Part shown: one piece after another, positions 60,874-64,000 of the stretch
Numbering within the stretch: position 1 is the first letter of the stretch
Layout of the letters: every line of letters begins with the position of its first letter
NCBI GenBank assembly: GCA_963723105.1
Contig: CAVRPK010000001.1
Span: 80,543-144,542 of the forward strand
Length of the DNA: 64,000 bases
Direction of reading: 5' to 3'
Source of the DNA: an uncultured Candidatus Micrarchaeota archaeon
Lineage (GTDB): Archaea; Micrarchaeota; Micrarchaeia; Anstonellales; Bilamarchaeaceae
Position numbers and translations under genes: made by a program
Notes under the pieces: model-generated
Told to the model about the DNA's origin: nothing
Seen by the model: the letters and a program-made list of their open reading frames with translations, nothing else
Database searches by the model: none

Positions 60874-62510
60874 TCTAGTTTGATAAGCATCCGATATAGG
60901 CCACCATCATGGAAGTACAGGTCCACCTGATAATCCTGGCCGTTATATTCGAATTTATCTCCATCTTCTAGCCTATAGTCATCATTGTCAAGTTCAAAGC
61001 GGATTTCTTCATCTCCAAGATCTATATCCACCAGATCAGCATATTCACCAAGTATAAAGAATGAATAGCCATCAAGGTTAAGACCTGAGGATTCAGTATC
61101 CAGATAAGGATGGAAGTACATGTCAAATTCTTCATATACCACTTCATCGTCTGGACAGGATGAACCAATCCAAATTAGCTCTTCACCTTCTGCTGAATAG
61201 ACCTCGATTACTTTGAAATCATCCAGAATGATGTCAGCGTAATCATCTACGTCATTAACAGTGTCAACTTCAACATCACCAGTGTTTTCTCCGCAAAGAT
61301 CATTTTCACTGACTCCTTCGTCCAGATCTTCTTCACATTCCTCGTCATTGTCGTCGAACTTTTCATAGTCCTGGAAAACGCGGACAGTTGCCTGAGTTCC
61401 TGAAACACTGACAAGCCTCATGATAAGATCATCATCAAGCTCTACAATATCTCCGACATACATTCTGAGGGTCTCTGAACTGTAATCTTCAATATCATAT
61501 ATTGAATCTCTGATGTCAATTTGATCAATGTCCTGAGTACAATCAAGCTCCTGGCATTCGCCAAATTTACATTCATAGCCAAAGCCACATGCTATTTTTT
61601 CAGTATGATATGCATCTCCAGAACAATAATACTCAAGAACAGAGGTATCGCTGTAGCATGAGTCTTCATATTCATGATCCGGAGTTTTGAGAGTTCCTTT
61701 AGCATATTTGTCCTTTCCGCCATCAGAATCAGAACAAGGAGCTATTTCAACGCATGCTCCATCAACACATTCGAAATCAGAAGCACATGGTATTTTTTTA
61801 CTACTAATCTTATCTCCTGAACAATAGTACTCAGTTACTGCAGTAACCCCAGAACATTTATCATCAGATGATTGATCACCTTTAGTAACAGTTCCAGCTT
61901 CAAGCTCATCTTCACCATCATCAGAATCAGAGCAAGGATATTCTACACAAGCACCATCAACACATTGTTGACCAAGACTGCAGTCAACTGTTTTTGAAGT
62001 AACTACGCTGCCATCGCAATAATATTCTGTTACAGCATCAGAGGATTTGCATTCATCAGTGTTGGCCTCTCCAGACGAACTGACGGTTCCTTTTTCAAGG
62101 GGTTTGATTCCGCCATCAGAATCATCGCATGGGGAAACAATACACTTTCCAGATTCACATGAATAGCCAAGTGGGCATGGGATCTGCATTGATGAGATCG
62201 AGTTGCCTTCACAATAATATTCAGTTACTGTAAGCTTGTCTTTACAGGAATCTGTATTTGAAGAGCCTTCTGCAGATGTACGTCCAACAGCAAGAGTATC
62301 CTTTCCGCCATCAGAATCATCGCAAACCTGAGCTCTGCAAGGACCATCGTAATCAACCTTAACATTTGCTTTTTCAGCAAGACATTGATTATTATAGGTC
62401 TTTCCGTCTACACCGCAGACATAGTCCTTGGTATCTGGACAGTTTGTTCCACCTAAACAGCCGGCAGATAAAACCATCAATCCGATAAATAGAATAAATA
62501 GTAATTTCAT
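60870..62510 (-). CDS. Lipobox lipoprotein: Kazal-like domain + four tandem 65-aa six-Cys repeats + highly acidic C-terminal domain
   Basis: Lipobox LSAGC. The Kazal-like core is NCPDTKDYVCGVDGKTYNNQCLAEKANVKVDYDGPC. Four C(D/S)DSDGG...C...(T/L)EYYC...C...C..G.C repeats follow, then a D/E-rich 220-aa tail. Confidence 0.75.
   Translation of the reverse strand: MKLLFILFIGLMVLSAGCLGGTNCPDTKDYVCGVDGKTYNNQCLAEKANVKVDYDGPCRAQVCDDSDGGKDTLAVGRTSAEGSSNTDSCKDKLTVTEYYCEGNSISSMQIPCPLGYSCESGKCIVSPCDDSDGGIKPLEKGTVSSSGEANTDECKSSDAVTEYYCDGSVVTSKTVDCSLGQQCVDGACVEYPCSDSDDGEDELEAGTVTKGDQSSDDKCSGVTAVTEYYCSGDKISSKKIPCASDFECVDGACVEIAPCSDSDGGKDKYAKGTLKTPDHEYEDSCYSDTSVLEYYCSGDAYHTEKIACGFGYECKFGECQELDCTQDIDQIDIRDSIYDIEDYSSETLRMYVGDIVELDDDLIMRLVSVSGTQATVRVFQDYEKFDDNDEECEEDLDEGVSENDLCGENTGDVEVDTVNDVDDYADIILDDFKVIEVYSAEGEELIWIGSSCPDDEVVYEEFDMYFHPYLDTESSGLNLDGYSFFILGEYADLVDIDLGDEEIRFELDNDDYRLEDGDKFEYNGQDYQVDLYFHDGGLYRMLIKLD
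61542..62324 (-). repeat. Four tandem protein-level repeats (65-66 aa each, 6 Cys each)
   Basis: These are residues 63-323 of the ORF, counted by hand. The repeats have diverged at the DNA level. The same repeat type occurs twice in 51351..52016. Confidence 0.7.
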
Positions 62511-62539
62511 AGGGAATAAAAGAAAGAAAAATAATATAA

Positions 62540-64000
62540 TTACTTCTTCTTTTTCTTTTTGGCAGTTTTCCTTGCCCTAACCTTAGCACTGGCTGCTTTT
62601 GTTGCATCAGTACGTTTTGATTTTCGAGTATTCTTTGAATCTTGCGAAAGTTTATCCCGCTCGGATTGTTTTTCTGCAACAACACGTTTTGTTCTTGCAG
62701 TTCTCTTCTTAGCATTGGTTAGAACAGTTCCATAATCATCTGAATCAGATACGTCACCCTGAAGCTTTCGCATCATTTCTTTGCTCTCAGTAACAAGCTC
62801 TGTTATTCTTTGTTTTGATGCAGAAATCTTTTCTTCAATGTTTTGTTCGCTTGAAATTGCATCTTCAAGACCTGTTTCATACGCATCTGTCAAATTAGAT
62901 AGTTCATTGAGGTATTTCTTTATGTATAGGGACTCGGAAGATTCCCTAAGAGATACAAGCTCATCATCGCTCTGAGAAACATAATCCTCAATTGCCTGAA
63001 TTTTTGCCTCATAATCCCTAATATATTCAACAACATAATGCTCTACTTTTGCAATGTCATCAAGCTCTGCCTCAAGAGATTCAAGCTCCTCTCCATGAGA
63101 TGCAACGACATCTTTGATTGAGTCTCTCATTTCAGTTACATGTGATTTTGCTTCCTCTGCAGATTCCAGATCTGAAGAAAGTGAAGACATTGCAGAATTG
63201 ATCTCATCAATCTTTTCCTGAGTTTCATCTACAGTTTTTCTTAATTGTTGAGATCTGATATCAAGTGAGTCGCTGATTTTCTCAAGTTCAACCAATCTTT
63301 GAGATTGTTCTTCGATTGAGGAATTAAGGTCTCCAATTCTTTCTTTGACCTCATCTCTTGATAGGGTTACGCCTGAGATATATTCATCTGCTTTTTTTCT
63401 TGTTCTCTCAAGAGCAGCTCTGCTCTCATCTTTTAATTGGTCCATTGCTTGCTGGACTTTTTCTACTTCATCAACTTTATCTGGAAGCTCAAGAACATGT
63501 TCTTTGATCTGTGCAAGTCGGTTCTGCTTTTCAATAATTTTTTCAGTTAAAACAACAAGATCTGCTTGCATCCTTCCCTCAAGAGAGGCAATTTTTTCTC
63601 GGTAGAGGCTATCTTTTTCTTTTTTGAGAAGATGTATGGCTGCTTTTTCTTTATTGATTTCCTGCATATAAGTTCCCATAAGCTCTCTGATATCAGATGC
63701 GGCAACTTTTTCTGATTGAATTGTTGGTTGTAGTGTTTCTTCTGGAGAGTCATATGCAACTGATGGCTCTTCTGGTTCTTCAGTAGGCTCATCATCCGTA
63801 ATTTTACTAAAATCAATTCCATGATCAGTATCTTCAGATGAAACAGAATCAGTTTCTTCGAGACTTGTGATAAGCTCGGAAGTAGCTTTTTCAACTTCAG
63901 GCTCGTCACCAGTTCTTCTTTTTGCAAGATATTCGCTGAGCATTTCTTCAGGATCAATTTCTTCAGGTTCGCTCACATGTTCTGTATCAACATCTTCAAC
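62540..64000 (-). CDS. Long coiled-coil protein with poly-Lys C-terminus (N-terminus beyond window)
   Basis: The track start at 63976 is GTG. The frame stays open to nt 64000 (VEDVDTEHV...), so the gene is probably 5'-truncated by the window. Heptad-like E/K/L/S-rich sequence ends in RKTAKKKKKK. Confidence 0.6.
   Translation of the reverse strand, partial: VEDVDTEHVSEPEEIDPEEMLSEYLAKRRTGDEPEVEKATSELITSLEETDSVSSEDTDHGIDFSKITDDEPTEEPEEPSVAYDSPEETLQPTIQSEKVAASDIRELMGTYMQEINKEKAAIHLLKKEKDSLYREKIASLEGRMQADLVVLTEKIIEKQNRLAQIKEHVLELPDKVDEVEKVQQAMDQLKDESRAALERTRKKADEYISGVTLSRDEVKERIGDLNSSIEEQSQRLVELEKISDSLDIRSQQLRKTVDETQEKIDEINSAMSSLSSDLESAEEAKSHVTEMRDSIKDVVASHGEELESLEAELDDIAKVEHYVVEYIRDYEAKIQAIEDYVSQSDDELVSLRESSESLYIKKYLNELSNLTDAYETGLEDAISSEQNIEEKISASKQRITELVTESKEMMRKLQGDVSDSDDYGTVLTNAKKRTARTKRVVAEKQSERDKLSQDSKNTRKSKRTDATKAASAKVRARKTAKKKKKK

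Overview
This window is AT-rich and very gene-dense, with almost no non-coding DNA, and reads as an archaeal chromosome segment. Archaeal markers include FEN1, the RFC small subunit, aMBF1, a ThrRS with the archaeal editing domain, archaeal-type PEP carboxylase, a DRG GTPase, SepF, a Dph6-like PP-loop ATPase and class-III signal-peptide pilins. The small genes, tight packing and many lipobox or Cys-rich surface proteins suggest a small-genome, possibly DPANN-like archaeon. That assignment is inference, not computed. By eye I found no rRNA, tRNA, CRISPR array, transposase or integrase.

Housekeeping content:
- thrS, valS, ileS, purM, pyrC, eno, hppA, rfcS, fen, tsaC and a ThiS-like/TtuA thiolation pair.
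- A C4-acid node made of a fumarase/aspartase-family lyase, malic enzyme and archaeal PEPC.

Most interesting items:
1. A tandem-Lrp -> HypC::HydE fusion -> HydG operon with no HydA or HydF in the window. This joins a [NiFe]-type chaperone domain to [FeFe]-type radical-SAM maturases.
2. A four-gene surface-protein cluster. Three paralogs end in a Cys-containing C-terminal tripartite sorting signal, and the fourth is a Kazal-type inhibitor lipoprotein with an ovomucoid-like CTLEF reactive loop.
3. Three GC-richer, compositionally foreign islands encoding orphan proteins: a helical pair beside a HEPN-MNT module, a Tat-signal protein with an apparent frameshift plus a Q/E-rich orphan, and a lipoprotein with a transglutaminase-like protease core plus TPR.
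4. Unusual domain architectures: a membrane-embedded CDC48-type double AAA, a 4xCBS protein with an HPF/RaiA-like tail, a PSI-domain-like lipoprotein, an H1-like lysine tail and a ribosomal-stalk-like C-terminal peptide.

All functional calls come from motif recognition in the supplied translations. No database search was run.
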